Shown here one piece after another: positions 1-11,101 of a DNA stretch of 64,000 nt (the first letter of the stretch is position 1; every line of letters starts with the position of its first letter). The notes below the pieces were generated by a model that was not told the origin of the DNA, searched no databases, and worked only from the letters and a program-made list of their open reading frames with translations. A program made the translations under genes and the position numbers. This DNA is from Macrostomum lignano (taxonomy: Eukaryota). The stretch is taken from positions 738 through 64,737 of the forward strand of contig NIVC01004013.1 of the NCBI GenBank assembly GCA_002269645.1. The letters run 5' to 3'.

Positions 1-1460
1 ACTGGATAACTTCCTAATCCTAGATAAACTTTTATAGCCTTCAAATATTTCAAGAACAGGATGAGGAATGAACAATGAACATTAACACAACACAAAGAGC
101 AACATGGAACACAATATGATCATAAATCATGGAACAGTCGTGAATCAAATCAAATTTGCGTAATGCTAAATGAACAATCCGTTGCACAATCCAAGGTTGT
201 TAAGGAGTAGCAATCTAGTCATGAACGCAGATCGTTTTTCAACATCAGATCGGCATGCTCTAGACGGGTACTCCCGCACAAACCAGAGATTAATTTAAGT
301 GATAAATAGGGGGAGGCAGTACAATCGAGTCCTGAATAAGCTTGTCATAACTCATAACCCGCAACACAGGCAACAAACCAGGCTTCGAAAGCGTCTTTGT
401 TGCAGTATTACTGATTAACCGGTTAAAGCTTTTCTGATTCTTCGTCTTACCTTGTGCTGCGCTATCTCTCTGGATGACCGCGCTGGTTCTACGTGCAACG
501 CGGAGCGAGTAAGACAGTAAAACGAAGGCGTGCCCCTGCTTTACTTTTATGCGCTTGTGTCGGGTGGGTGAGGGCCCGTCCCCCAGATTGAATTAAAAAG
601 AGAGAATGGACTGAATGCTAGCAGAGGGCTGGGGGAGGAAGGGGCCAGTGCCGCTATGTACAGCGAGAAACTAAAATGACTCACTATATAACAAGCAGAG
701 ACGTTTAATACAACACGGGCGCGCTTTTAAGACCCCCACACCTCTTTATCAACCCAAACCTAATTTCAAGCTTCAAGCCATAGCAAGCAGGGTTTTCGGC
801 CTAACTTGAGGGGGACTGTCTGGAGAAGCACCCCTCACCCCAACACCCCAGCGAGCACCCCACCTCCAACTGACCAATTAGGCGGTCCGGATCGAAGTGT
901 GAGTTTTTCCGCCGGGCTGGAATTAACGTACATCGTTGTACATACACACCCTCAAGTCAGGCATTGCCGCTCTTTGGTTTTGTTTTCCTTTCAGATTGGA
1001 GAGGGGGGCTGGGTGACCCTTACCGGTGGATGCGCCTTGGACTGAGTTTTGTTTTCGATAGCAGCAGCACTTGTCCCGGCGCCCACAAATTCACCCACCC
1101 ACCTTCGTTTGGCCACCTACTGACACTGACCCACCCGTTTCTGCCACGGTTTCGCTCAGTGTCCACTACTAGGGCTAGGCTGCTGCCTGCTAGCTCTCGC
1201 CTCTCATTTAAGTTTTAGTCTTAAGTAATCTGGTAGCCTGGTAGTTGGTATTGGTATTGGTACGTTGTATCTTGTGTCTAGGGATTGCAATCCAGGAGTG
1301 CCGAATCTCGGGACAAATTTTTGTGTTCAATTTTGCAACACTGCTTCCGTTTTACGAGTTTGCTTGCTGCAAATGCTTGCTACAAGTTCCAGAGCATTAT
1401 TTTTGCATCAGTCCATCAACATTCGACCGAGTCTTGAAGGACATTTCTTAGTCTTGATAG

Positions 1461-2267
1461 TAGGGATGTCGACCCCGGGGAGTGCTCCCCGGGGCCCAGG
1501 GGAGCTTGTTGGGGAATACTCCCCGGGGAGTTGGACCGGGGACCCCGGGAAGAAAAAAAGCATTTTTAACTTATTTTTTGCCATTAAAATAAGAAAATGA
1601 TTCACTGAAAGCTGATTGAAACTCTGTCTATGCTTTTTTTTACCGCAAAGCTGCTTATTTAAATGTATTATTTCAAACACAACACACGTTTAAATGTTTT
1701 TTTCACTATTAGTCTTTCAATCAAGCAAATTGCACGTAGAAACCCGTCAGGAAAAAGAAGCCTTACTGACTACTGTGTTGGTCTGCGTTGACGGCCTGAC
1801 GCATTTGACGCAGGCACAGCGCTGCGTCCTGCGTCAGTCACTGACGCATAGGGGGTGTCATACAATAAAAAAATACTCCCTATTAGACAAGGACAAAATG
1901 GTGATTTATCGCAGAAATAAAAATTCCGATTATAACAGCAGTCTCATTCATTAATTATCCTCCCACGAGCACAGCTGCTGAGCATGCATTTTCCGCCTCC
2001 GGAGTCTGGACTCTTTCTGACAAAGGTGCGCGCACGATTTGGTGATGCCACGTTGTCAAATGCAGTTTTAAATAAACATTTTTTTAGAGTTTTTACCCTT
2101 GCGCCTTGAACACGTAGTCCAAAGCTTAAATCAAAGTTAAAAAATTCCACTTAAAAGTTATCCGCCGTATTTTACTTATTTTTTCTTTTCCTCGGAGTCC
2201 CCGGGGAACGACAGTAAATTCCCCGGGGTCCCCGATAAGAAAATTCCCCGGGGAATCGACATCCCTA
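1461..2267. mobile_element. hAT-type non-autonomous DNA transposon (MITE)
   Basis: Termini TAGGGATGTCGA (1461) and TCGACATCCCTA (to 2267) are inverted. The 8-bp TSD CTTGATAG is at 1453-1460 and 2268-2275. Subterminal CCCCGGGG motifs occur at both ends. No transposase ORF. Confidence 0.85.
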
Positions 2268-2286
2268 CTTGATAGTAATATGTAGG

Positions 2287-3413
2287 AGAGTTTTGCCAAT
2301 CCCGGGATTCTCGGGATCAGGATATCCCGGACTTTGCCAATCCCGGGATCCCGACCAATTAGGCCGGGACCCCTGGATCCCGGAGTTGAAAATTTTCTAA
2401 TCTTTGTTGGTGCAATTTTGGCTGTCGAAGGCGAAGCCATCGTTTAAGGGGCTTTCAATAACAAAGTAGAACAGAATAAAATATTTTGCAAAGAAGAAAC
2501 TGACAGTGAGCTCTGAATTGGAGTGTGATGTACGGGCTGGCGCAATAGACGCGCATTTTTACATTCAGCTCATGAAAATCACACTTCATGCCTGTGATGC
2601 AACCTGGGGAATGATAGCTTACAGAGCTATACACGTATGGCCTGAGGTACTGCTGGATACCTGGTTAGAAGGGGATTAGACCTCACCCTCCCAGGGGCAC
2701 CCGCCCTATAGATGGAGAATTGGTATATATGTAGCTTGGGTTGTGGGTGAGTGGTCCGATAGCAAGGTCGCACTATTCTAATCCCAACTACGGCCAAGGA
2801 GTTTTGAAAGTAGGGACTGCTTTAAGTACATGTAGTTCTGCCACCACTTCCTATGTGCTGGGCATCTAAATTGGGTATCCTGACAGTGCTGAGAATGTCT
2901 TTCGCATAGAGAGGGGCTTCTGATCTGCGCAAGGTCGAGAGTCGAGACCCCCTGGGCCCTGATTTTAGCTGGGTTTGAGATAGTGGGAGAGTTCAAATGA
3001 AAAATTATTTGACTCCCGTCTGGCAAGCGCCAGCGCTGTGATCGGAAACAATGAGGAATCGCCTTGCTGAATGCTGCGTTCACCAGCATAATTGGCTTCT
3101 ATTGCTTTAGGCTCTGTGTACAGGTTTTGGAATAATAATTACATTAGTCTGCGAGTACTTATGCATATAGTTGCACGTACATTATTACACCTGAAATCTT
3201 ACGATCTGCCAACAGCTTCAGTTTTATATCCCTGCAGCCCTATAGCCTTCTCACTAGCCTGCATGATTAAAAGATTAATAAATCAAAGCACGATTACGAT
3301 TTTCACCTGACAAGTGCCGGTAGCTCAGCTCAGCGGTAGGCCCAATTCGTCGGGATCCCTGGATTGGCAAAGTCCGGGATATCCTGATCCCGAGAATCCC
3401 GGGATCACAACTC
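2287..3413. mobile_element. Non-autonomous TIR element with long subterminal inverted repeats
   Basis: 2299-2343 is the exact reverse complement of 3361-3405 (45 bp), extending inward to about 67 bp with a few mismatches. ATCCCGGGAT motifs are repeated. Outer ends and TSD are not resolved. Confidence 0.65.
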
Positions 3414-4483
3414 ACATCAGAACTCCCCTCAAAACAAGTACCCTCTCTCTAACACCCTGTCTGTTTCCGTCTCATTTCCCCCGCCTGCACCTCCGCCTGA
3501 ATTCCCCTGTATCCCTGTCTTATTTTTCCAGTACCTCACTTCATCAGCAGCTATGTGTAGCAATTGTTCTTCAAAATCCGGGAATGAATAATTCAATTCT
3601 GGATCAAAAAAGCAGCAAATGTCAAAACAAATCAAAAGAAACGATTAACAAATGTGCATTGACGAAAAAGAACGGATTCCAAAGATGAAAATCCAGCTTT
3701 TGCCAGAGTATTTAACTCAGCTGCATCACCTTTCAAAAGCGCTGGAGCGAGATTTCACAGCTTAATGCATATTCAATATAGAGCTATAGTATGAAAGGTT
3801 TTGCAGATATTGTCAGAAAGATTGACAGACGGGTGAATGAGCGGAGGCCAGAGACAGCAACTCAAGATTGTAATAAGCTCTTATAGGGTCATTATAGAAA
3901 AGCATCCAAAAAGCCTCGAGAGCTCGGAGTTCTCTACCACCTTCTCTCCTAACTCTGTGAGCATGCATAGAGCAAGGGTCACTCTAAGGACACCTATATA
4001 CGAGCGTAGAGTAATTAAATTCGAGTATAATAGAAACGTATAAACGAGTTGGAGCAGATAATTTTGAGCAGCACTGAGCACTGATCTATTTGCACTGTAT
4101 GCTATATGCCATGGTGGTTGCGGTGGCCTATCCACTAGAGTAATCAGCCAAGCCTTGAGAGATTGTACAGAATAGAAAAAAAGTAATTTGGAAACAGGCC
4201 ATAGCAAGAAGTGGGTTGCATACAGGCGCTATCTTAAACCAGAAAAATATAAATGCTACGCTGTCTTTAATTATTCCAATTATTATACTCGTATAATGCA
4301 CCCCCAGCCGTCATCTATCAGCTAATTGGGGCAAGAGCTAGAGGCTGGGGCTGATGCATACAGTGGGTCTATGAGAATTTCCCGCAGGAAGTTTTCCCGC
4401 CGAGGTTCGCCCTCGCGTGCTTTTCCCGCAGCGATATTCTCCCGCAGCGAGTTTTCCCTCTGGAGGTTTTCCCCCTGTTGATT

Positions 4484-4782
4484 GCAGAAGGAAGTTGATG
4501 GCGAAAATTAGGAGACGGCAGGTTGGAGTCCTTTGGCCTTATTATGAAGAAGGTACAGGAATCGAGCAGCTGTCACGCCTGTCAGTGACTGGGCAGATTG
4601 AAGGAAAAAGAGACCATGGGAGGCAGGGCAACGAAAAATATTTCTGAAGAACCTGTCTCAATGGATGACATGAACAAGACTGGAAATACTCCACGCCTCA
4701 ATGGACCGTGCTTTGTGGAAGACTGTGGTCGCCATCGCCAACGTCCTCCGTCGATACATGTATGGCACCTTGAGAGAGAGAG
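4484..4782 (+). mobile_element. Degenerate 3' end of an RTE-clade LINE
   Basis: Frame-broken translation KLMAKIRRRQV...GIEQL...VTGQIEGKRDHGRQ...DRALWKTVV..ANV...GT resembles the RTE ORF2 C-terminus and is followed by a (GA)n tail. Confidence 0.6.
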
Positions 4783-5341
4783 AGGTAATGATAGAAGAAA
4801 CGATCCATATTCCCTACGCTAGTAGTACTGCCACTGCCCTTTTAATTTACTCATACGAGCGTACCGTCGAGTACCCTATCGTTCTTTTCAAAATAACGAA
4901 AAAAGGAGAAAGTATCGTTTGATACTATCATTAATAAGTCAGGCTATTTGAATGCTATTGCGTTGAAAAACGGAAATTCGATCGTAATTTATCTGTCTAC
5001 ATTAGCGTAACATACTACTTAGTAACTCATTATTTAGTAGACAGACACATTATAGGGCGCTTTAAATTTTAGAAGTTCTTTATTTTTAGCGTATTGAGCT
5101 GGTTTGTTTACTGCTGGACACTGGACTCACTACGATGCACGAAAAAATAGTGTCAGACACTGCTTCAGCGTAACATGATTTGGTGTGTAATAATCATATA
5201 TCATATTACGTGTTGGTAAATGGAAATTCATTAGGACACACGATTGCTCTTTTCACCTTATTGTTTTTATTGTTGTATTATTGAAGCTGTAAATCAAAGG
5301 CATCATCCCAAAAGCTACAGTTGCATTCCAGCTCTTGCCCC

Positions 5342-5860
5342 TCATTCTTTCTTTCCTTGCTGTCGGTGCTTTCTGGCGCGTCTCCGCTGAAACCGACGAT
5401 AAGCCCACGGAGCCATTGGCGTCTGTCCGGGCGTCCACAGACCGAGCCCTGCGACCCTGGCAGCGCTGGTGGCTGCTTTGTACCGCAAGTTGCAGGTGTT
5501 GTGGTAGCACCAGGCGTGTCCTTCGGCCAGCATCCGGTAGGCGATGTCGTCTTTAGCTAGACAGACAAATCCAAGTATTCGATGATAGGAATCCCGACCA
5601 GGTGAGATCACGCAGACTCGGGTACCGCGCGGCAGCCTGCTGGCCAGTGCTTTGCGAGAATCTCGTCCGTGAGCTTGGCTCAACTCCGGCGCGTCGATCT
5701 GCATCAGGCGGACACGAACCGACGCCCTGTCGCCGTCGTCGTTCGTCTCCGGGATGATGCGCAACGAGTCGCCGTCGTGCACCGATTTGACTCGGCCGCA
5801 CAGATACTTGGCTGAATTTTTGAGGCGATAAGATAATGATTTTGTTTTTACTGAGTTCAT
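5342..5860 (-). CDS. Stand-alone thermonuclease (staphylococcal/micrococcal nuclease, SNase family), 172 aa, no coding intron
   Basis: Motifs VHDGDS, VRLMQIDAPE, RDSYHRIL, AEGHAWCY and ARVAGLGLW..P.APWAYRR match single-domain bacterial/viral SNases. The catalytic D, D, R, D, E, R equivalents are retained. AATAAA lies on the minus strand at 5266-5271. Confidence 0.9.
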   Translation of the reverse strand: MNSVKTKSLSYRLKNSAKYLCGRVKSVHDGDSLRIIPETNDDGDRASVRVRLMQIDAPELSQAHGRDSRKALASRLPRGTRVCVISPGRDSYHRILGFVCLAKDDIAYRMLAEGHAWCYHNTCNLRYKAATSAARVAGLGLWTPGQTPMAPWAYRRFQRRRARKHRQQGKKE

Positions 5861-6225
5861 TCTGTCAATGAGTAGAGTTCCAATGAGTCAATATGCTTGG
5901 TTGGACAAGGTTATTGTTTGGTGAAACTAATTCACAACATCGAACAAATCACTAAATCAGTGATGCCCGAGCTACAAAGCGTCGAAAAGTGTGAATTATC
6001 CGTGTGATCGCGCTAAAATTGACTTTATTTTGATGGCGGTGTGAACGAGTCTATACTTAGAACTTAAGTAGCTTCCTGAGTAAATACTTGGAAGCACAAA
6101 GAGAGCACCCGGATGGGGTGTAGTTTCTCAGTGTTTTTAGTTGACTGGTCAGAGAAGTAATAGATTTGGGTCGGCTTGGTTCAGTCCAGAGCTTTACTTC
6201 GGTTCCGGCGCTTTAGTTGGCGTCC

Positions 6226-6233
6226 CTTTTATA
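6226..6233 (-). promoter_or_regulatory. Candidate TATA box (TATAAAAG) upstream of the nuclease gene
   Basis: The minus strand reads CTATAAAAGGG, about 370 bp upstream of the ATG. A 3' splice acceptor (TTGACAG|A ATG) lies 1 nt before the ATG. Confidence 0.4.
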
Positions 6234-6544
6234 GTTAGCTGCATGTAGTGATTTTAAATATAGCTTGTGTTTTAGGTGTCTTGACTTTTACGTTGTGGAA
6301 TGTTGAGTGAATATGTATGAATACTGAATAAATTCATATTCACTCATCTCTAATAGAATAGATGGAAACGTTTATGTCATAATTTCACCGAAGTTAACAG
6401 GCGATATTTTTATAGTGGAAGCTTTTGGTTTCATGAAATTCTGTGCTTCTGCTTTGTCCAGGTTCTTTAAAGGACCCAATTAAAAAATTTTCTATTTTAG
6501 TATATAGCATTTCGATAGAGCACCTAGCTATACAGTAAGACTCA

Positions 6545-6678
6545 CGATCAGTTGTGCAATTGACCCGGCCTTTGGCTTGGCGCCAGGAAATCTTCCGCCC
6601 AGTTGAAGCAGCCGCAGTGCTGCCTATGAATATAATCAGCAGCAGCACGGGAGCAGATGAGCACAGATAGGATGCCAT
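6545..6678 (-). CDS. Possible first exon of a small secreted protein
   Basis: MASYLCSSAPVLLLIIFIGSTAAA is signal-peptide-like, and a GTGAGT donor follows ...NCTTD. No downstream exon was found. Confidence 0.25.
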
Positions 6679-7253
6679 GCTTTTCTTTCACTGCTTCCGT
6701 TGTCAGTTAAAGAAATGATAAAATTTAATAGTTTTCTTTTAAGCTGAAATTTGGTATTTGGGCGAATCTTTCTTTCTTTATAAGTTCTTGAGATTGCTCT
6801 CGGCCCGAAGCCTCGGTGCGATCAAGCTTATAAACTGCATGAAACTATATGCTTGAACTTATCAGGTATGTTGCCAACTAGTTAGCCAGGCAGATAGTGA
6901 AATCTGCCGATAAAGATCTTAGCCTATGGCTATAGAAGTTCAGGCGTCGCAGATTCCTAGAAATTTTCTTGGAAATGCGCACGATTGTAAATGTGCAAAC
7001 GTGCAGCAGCACCTTGAATTTCCGTTGCGAACCAGTTCACTGTGGAGAGCATGCCATTTCAATTTTGCCGTTCCACACCCCGACAGATTTACGGCGCCTG
7101 TACGAACCCTCTTAGAAATAAAGAGTAAACATAACCAATGGGACCAACGAAGCTTAAATTCCAACCTTTAAATCTCGTGCATTCCAACATTATAAAGTTG
7201 GTTTTGAATTCAGTTGGACTTTAATTTAATTATGCAGTTACCTCGCTCTAAAA

Positions 7254-7430
7254 CAGGGGTTGGCAAACTTTTTTTAACTTAATAGTCAGATAGCGCATGA
7301 CTGCGGGCCAGGTGAGATAAGAGGAGAGAAGAGAGGAGAGGTGAGAGGAAGAGAGGAAGAGAGGAAGAGAGAGAGGAGAGAGGAGGGGAGAGAGGAGAGA
7401 GGGGAGATGAGAGAGGAGAGGAGAAAAAAG
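7254..7430 (+). mobile_element. hAT/Charlie-like left terminus followed by a GA-rich tract
   Basis: CAGGGGTTGGCAAAC at 7254-7268 is preceded by CTCTAAAA (Charlie-like target). (GAGAG)n-like sequence at about 7315-7430. Confidence 0.45.
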
Positions 7431-7873
7431 AAACGGAAACAAAATGAAATCCTCATCTTTTTCTGACGAGATGCATTCAAATCGGTGAAAAGATTTCATG
7501 TTTTGTTGGTTGATTTCTTACTCTGTTTGGTCAGCTCAGTTTTTCAGCTGAAATTTTTCTATAAGAGCCTTTGAATTTTTTGTCTTTAGGCTCTTATTGT
7601 AGAAAAATGCAGCCATACGCAGACATCGGCTGATCAGCCAATCAGAATCGGGGGATAGACTCCAGCGAAGGCTTGTCTCAGCTTAGCTGCATCCTAATAC
7701 AGAGCTGGCCAGAGCAATGGGCTTCTGGAAGCTGCCAGTGCCGTGAGTAGAGGCTGCAAAAGAAACGTGGCGATCCAACACGCGTGAACTACAAGTAATT
7801 ATAGCTGTCTTTGCAGAAGTTCAGTCAGAAATTTACTAACTATAAAAATCGAGTTAATCCAATTCGGCCTCAA

Positions 7874-8401
7874 ATGATTAGCAAGTGCTCAGTTTCCATC
7901 AATGACGCCCCAACCAAAGCCGAAGATCAACGTGAGCAGCAGCAGCAGCAGCAACAGCAGCAGACTCAGCAGCAGCGCCAGAGTCAGAGCCAGGGCACCA
8001 ATCAGGTCGTGGTGCCATGCCAGCAGCGACTCTGGCAGCTGGGCTCGGTCCTGTTATTCGTGCTTGGCCTAAGCGTCTTCATTCTGGCCTCGCTTCTTCT
8101 GTCTGTACGCACCGGCCTCGGACCAGACGGTACTAGCGCGAGCAGCCTGATGGCTAGCGGCTTTGCCAGTCTCACCGGCAGCTGCGCCATAATGCTAGTG
8201 GGGGCCGCATTCTGTGCTCTAGCAAAACGACGCGCAGAGTTTTCAATAGTTGCCAGGTGCTGTCACTGGTGTCTCAGCTGGTGCAGATGCTGCTGCTGCT
8301 GCTGCCGACCCGGCCAGACGTCCAGTTGGCGCGGCGGCGCTGCCGGTGGCGTCGGCGGCGAGTTCGGCAGCGTCTTTGACGACGGACCAACGGTTGCATA
8401 G
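7874..8401 (+). CDS. Small membrane protein with polyQ N-terminus, two TM helices and a Cys-rich tail
   Basis: The first ATG of the ORF is at 7874. Two hydrophobic segments (LGSVLLFVLGLSVFILASLLLSV; LMASGFASLTGSCAIMLVGAAFCAL) are followed by KRR and CCHWCLSWCRCCCCCC. Codon usage is GC-rich like the other genes. Confidence 0.6.
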   Translation: MISKCSVSINDAPTKAEDQREQQQQQQQQQTQQQRQSQSQGTNQVVVPCQQRLWQLGSVLLFVLGLSVFILASLLLSVRTGLGPDGTSASSLMASGFASLTGSCAIMLVGAAFCALAKRRAEFSIVARCCHWCLSWCRCCCCCCRPGQTSSWRGGAAGGVGGEFGSVFDDGPTVA

Positions 8402-9039
8402 CCCAGTTGAAGCACGAGCTGATCCCGCGGTCCCTCGGCATACTGAATCGGCAACAGGATATAATCGCATTCTTAATTCTATTCGCTAAAATCTGGGCTC
8501 TGTCACGCCGACTTGTGATTTTATCCATCGTTCTTTACTTCCACTCGGAGTGCCTTTCCTTGTGCACGATGTAAATAAGTGGTATATTTAGACAATAGGC
8601 ACCAGCGTTACTGCTATCAAATACCGTCTCAGCTATCATTGAAAGTGATTAAACCTGAGGATTTGTAGAAAATTATAATCCTGCCTATCTCTGCTGGCTA
8701 AGAAGTTTTTTGTTTTTTATATTAAATATATCTTGAGTTATTCCATGCTTAGACCATGTAATTTTGTCTAGCCCAGCAGAACAGAAATAGCCAGTCATGC
8801 AATAGTCACGCATGGTTAAATCAACTTGCTCATGGCTGCTTTCGTAAGACGGTTTTGAAACATACTCTTAACATAAATCACATTTGCAAACTGCACTGCA
8901 TGTGGTAACGACATTTGAAGTAGTAATTAGGCTAGAGATTTTGCACACATGCGGTCAGTCGAATGTCAAGAATAATACCGTATACCGATTCCGGGAGACG
9001 AGACCCCACTATGGGGTTGAAATTGATATTTGCATGACA

Positions 9040-9700
9040 TCGTTCCACAACTAGCGCTGACGGCAACTCTGCCCATTCCGCTGACTCCTAAGCACATGAA
9101 AATGCGCCAATACTGTACCGCAGTCGGGCTGTTTCAAGCAGTCGTTGAGACTGTCTCGTTGTACAACGCCGAGACCTGGACCTTGACGGACGCTTTGGAG
9201 AGGCAGCTGGACGCTGCGTATGCGGCCATGCTGCGTGCGGCGTTAGGAGTGCGCAACGGTCCAGGCAGCGAGACCAACGCCGCGCTCTACACGAGGGCAC
9301 GCCTGAAGCGGCCTTCTGACCTGCTGCTCGGGCGGCGACTTCGACTGGCTAGCCACGTAATCAGGTCGGAGGCTCGCCGCCTTGAGCCGCTGCACGAGGT
9401 GCTGCTGCTCAAGCTGCAGGGACCGCGTAGGCGAGGCCAAGGGCGAACGGCGAGATGTCCTGACAGGCTTTCGACGGATGCTGGCGCCCCGGACCAAGCT
9501 GGGGGGTGTGACTTTCTGAGGGCTATGGCCCAGAGACGCACTCGCTGACTTCTCCCCCTATCTGGCCACTGCATGGCTGGCAGGTAAAGTACTTTGTTGT
9601 TGTTGTTGTTGTACCGCAGGCACGCACTCATACACTCGCTCACACAGGGTGTACAGCGGCACTGACTTTCCAATCGTCAGGCATGCCCTCATGATTGTGA
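9040..9700 (-). mobile_element. Headless SINE-family copy split by a LINE insertion
   Basis: 9050-9123 and 9620-9690 align with 28330-28505, 34805-34935 and the reverse complement of 25930-26040 (e.g. GCCCATTCCGCTGACTCC, GTGTACAGCGG, TCAGGCATG). Confidence 0.6.
9124..9610 (+). mobile_element. 5'-truncated RTE/RTE-X-like LINE, copy 1
   Basis: LFQAVVETVSLYNAETWTL...RRLRLASHVIR...GPRRRG; (TTG)n tail; TSD (T)GTACCGCAG at 9114-9123 and 9610-9619. Confidence 0.85.
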
Positions 9701-9830
9701 ATCTCACAACCGTTGGCTAACTTTTCGTGCACAAGCCCCAATGTGACAAAGTCAAGGCTGCTAGACAATGTAGACAAGGATGCTATCTGACAAAGTTCAT
9801 TTTGAAGCACTTTAACAGAACGTACTTGTC

Positions 9831-11093
9831 CTGGCGACGAGCTCAGCCTTTAGCCGCATTCCGGAGTTATCAAGGGACTCCGACTTCGAAGTTTACATTG
9901 AGAGACTCGAACAATACTTCGTATGCGCTAAAGTCACTGAGGAGCCCACCAAAGTGGCCACACTTTGCACTGCCATAGGAGAAACCGCCTACACGGTGCT
10001 TCGCAACCTATGTCAGCCGGACAAGGTTTCAGAAAGGTCATACGACGGCCTAAAGAAAATTCTGCAAGACCATTACGCTCCCGCGCCATCCGAGATCGCC
10101 GCATGCTTCAAGTTCCAGCAGAGAATGCAATTGCCGGGAGAGGACTTCGCCACCTTCCTGGCAGGGCTGAAGGCAGCCACTCTGCACTGCAACTTCGGCA
10201 CGGCGCTGGAGGAGAGACTGCGAGACCAGGCCGTCTTCGGTCTCAGGAACGATGCCATCCGCTCAAAGCTGCTGGAAATCTCAAAGCTGACTTACGCCCT
10301 GATGGTCGCGACGGTGTCATCGATGGAGGCAGCGCAGCGCTACGCGAGCGAGATCGCGCCCAGAACACTGGAGACCGCCGCAGCGATCAGCAAGGATGTT
10401 GGCAGCGGACAGACGCGTAAGCACGAGAGGCCGCAGCTCCTGACTCGCTGCTTAGCGTCGCCGCACCCACACCAGCAGCAGCCGTGCGCCAGCTGCGGTG
10501 GCCGTCACGATCGACAAAGCTGCAAATTCCGCGATGCCAAGTGCCACGCCTGCGAGAAGACAGGCCACATCCAGAATGTTTGCAGGTCAGCCAGGGTCAA
10601 GCAACTGGACTCCGCTGCAGCTGCGTCGGACCAGGACAGTGACAGCCAGGGCTCGATCCTCTACGTCGGATCTCGATCGTCCCGATCCTTGACGGTCACT
10701 TTGGAGGTGGACGGTCGCGACTGCCCGTTCGAGCTGGACACTGGATCAGCCGTCACGCTGATCCCAAAGAAAATGGCGGATGAGCGGCTCCCAGGACTGC
10801 GTCTACAGCCAACGGCGATGGTGTTACGCACATACACCAACGAGCAGTTCAAGCCGCTAGGTGAAGCCAGAGTCGCTGTCAGTCACAATGGCCAGAAGGC
10901 AATCCTCCCGCTGCTCGTGGTCTCCCAGGGCAGTGTCCCTCTCCTAGGACGAGACTGGATGGCTCGACTAAAACTGGACTGTCACGCAATCATGGCTCAG
11001 GTCAACTCAGTCAGCACCAGCTCTGACACCACTGACCTAACGCAGCAGCCACACCGCGGTTTTTCAAGGCCAGGCCGGTCCCGTACGCTCTGA
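9831..11093 (+). pseudogene. gag: gag-protease frame
   Basis: The frame is open from the TAA at 9813: ...DFEVYIERLEQYF...IGETAYTVLRNLC...RLRDQAVFG; CASCGGRHDRQSC and CHACEKTGHIQNVC knuckles; protease ELDTGS. Confidence 0.88.
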
Positions 11094-11101
11094 GGGAGCG
11101 G

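Noticed and set aside
9827-9835. TGTCCTGGC matching the start of the putative 3' LTR (13672) as a 5' LTR remnant
   Set aside because: Only 9 bp match, it overlaps the PBS, and the similarity does not extend.
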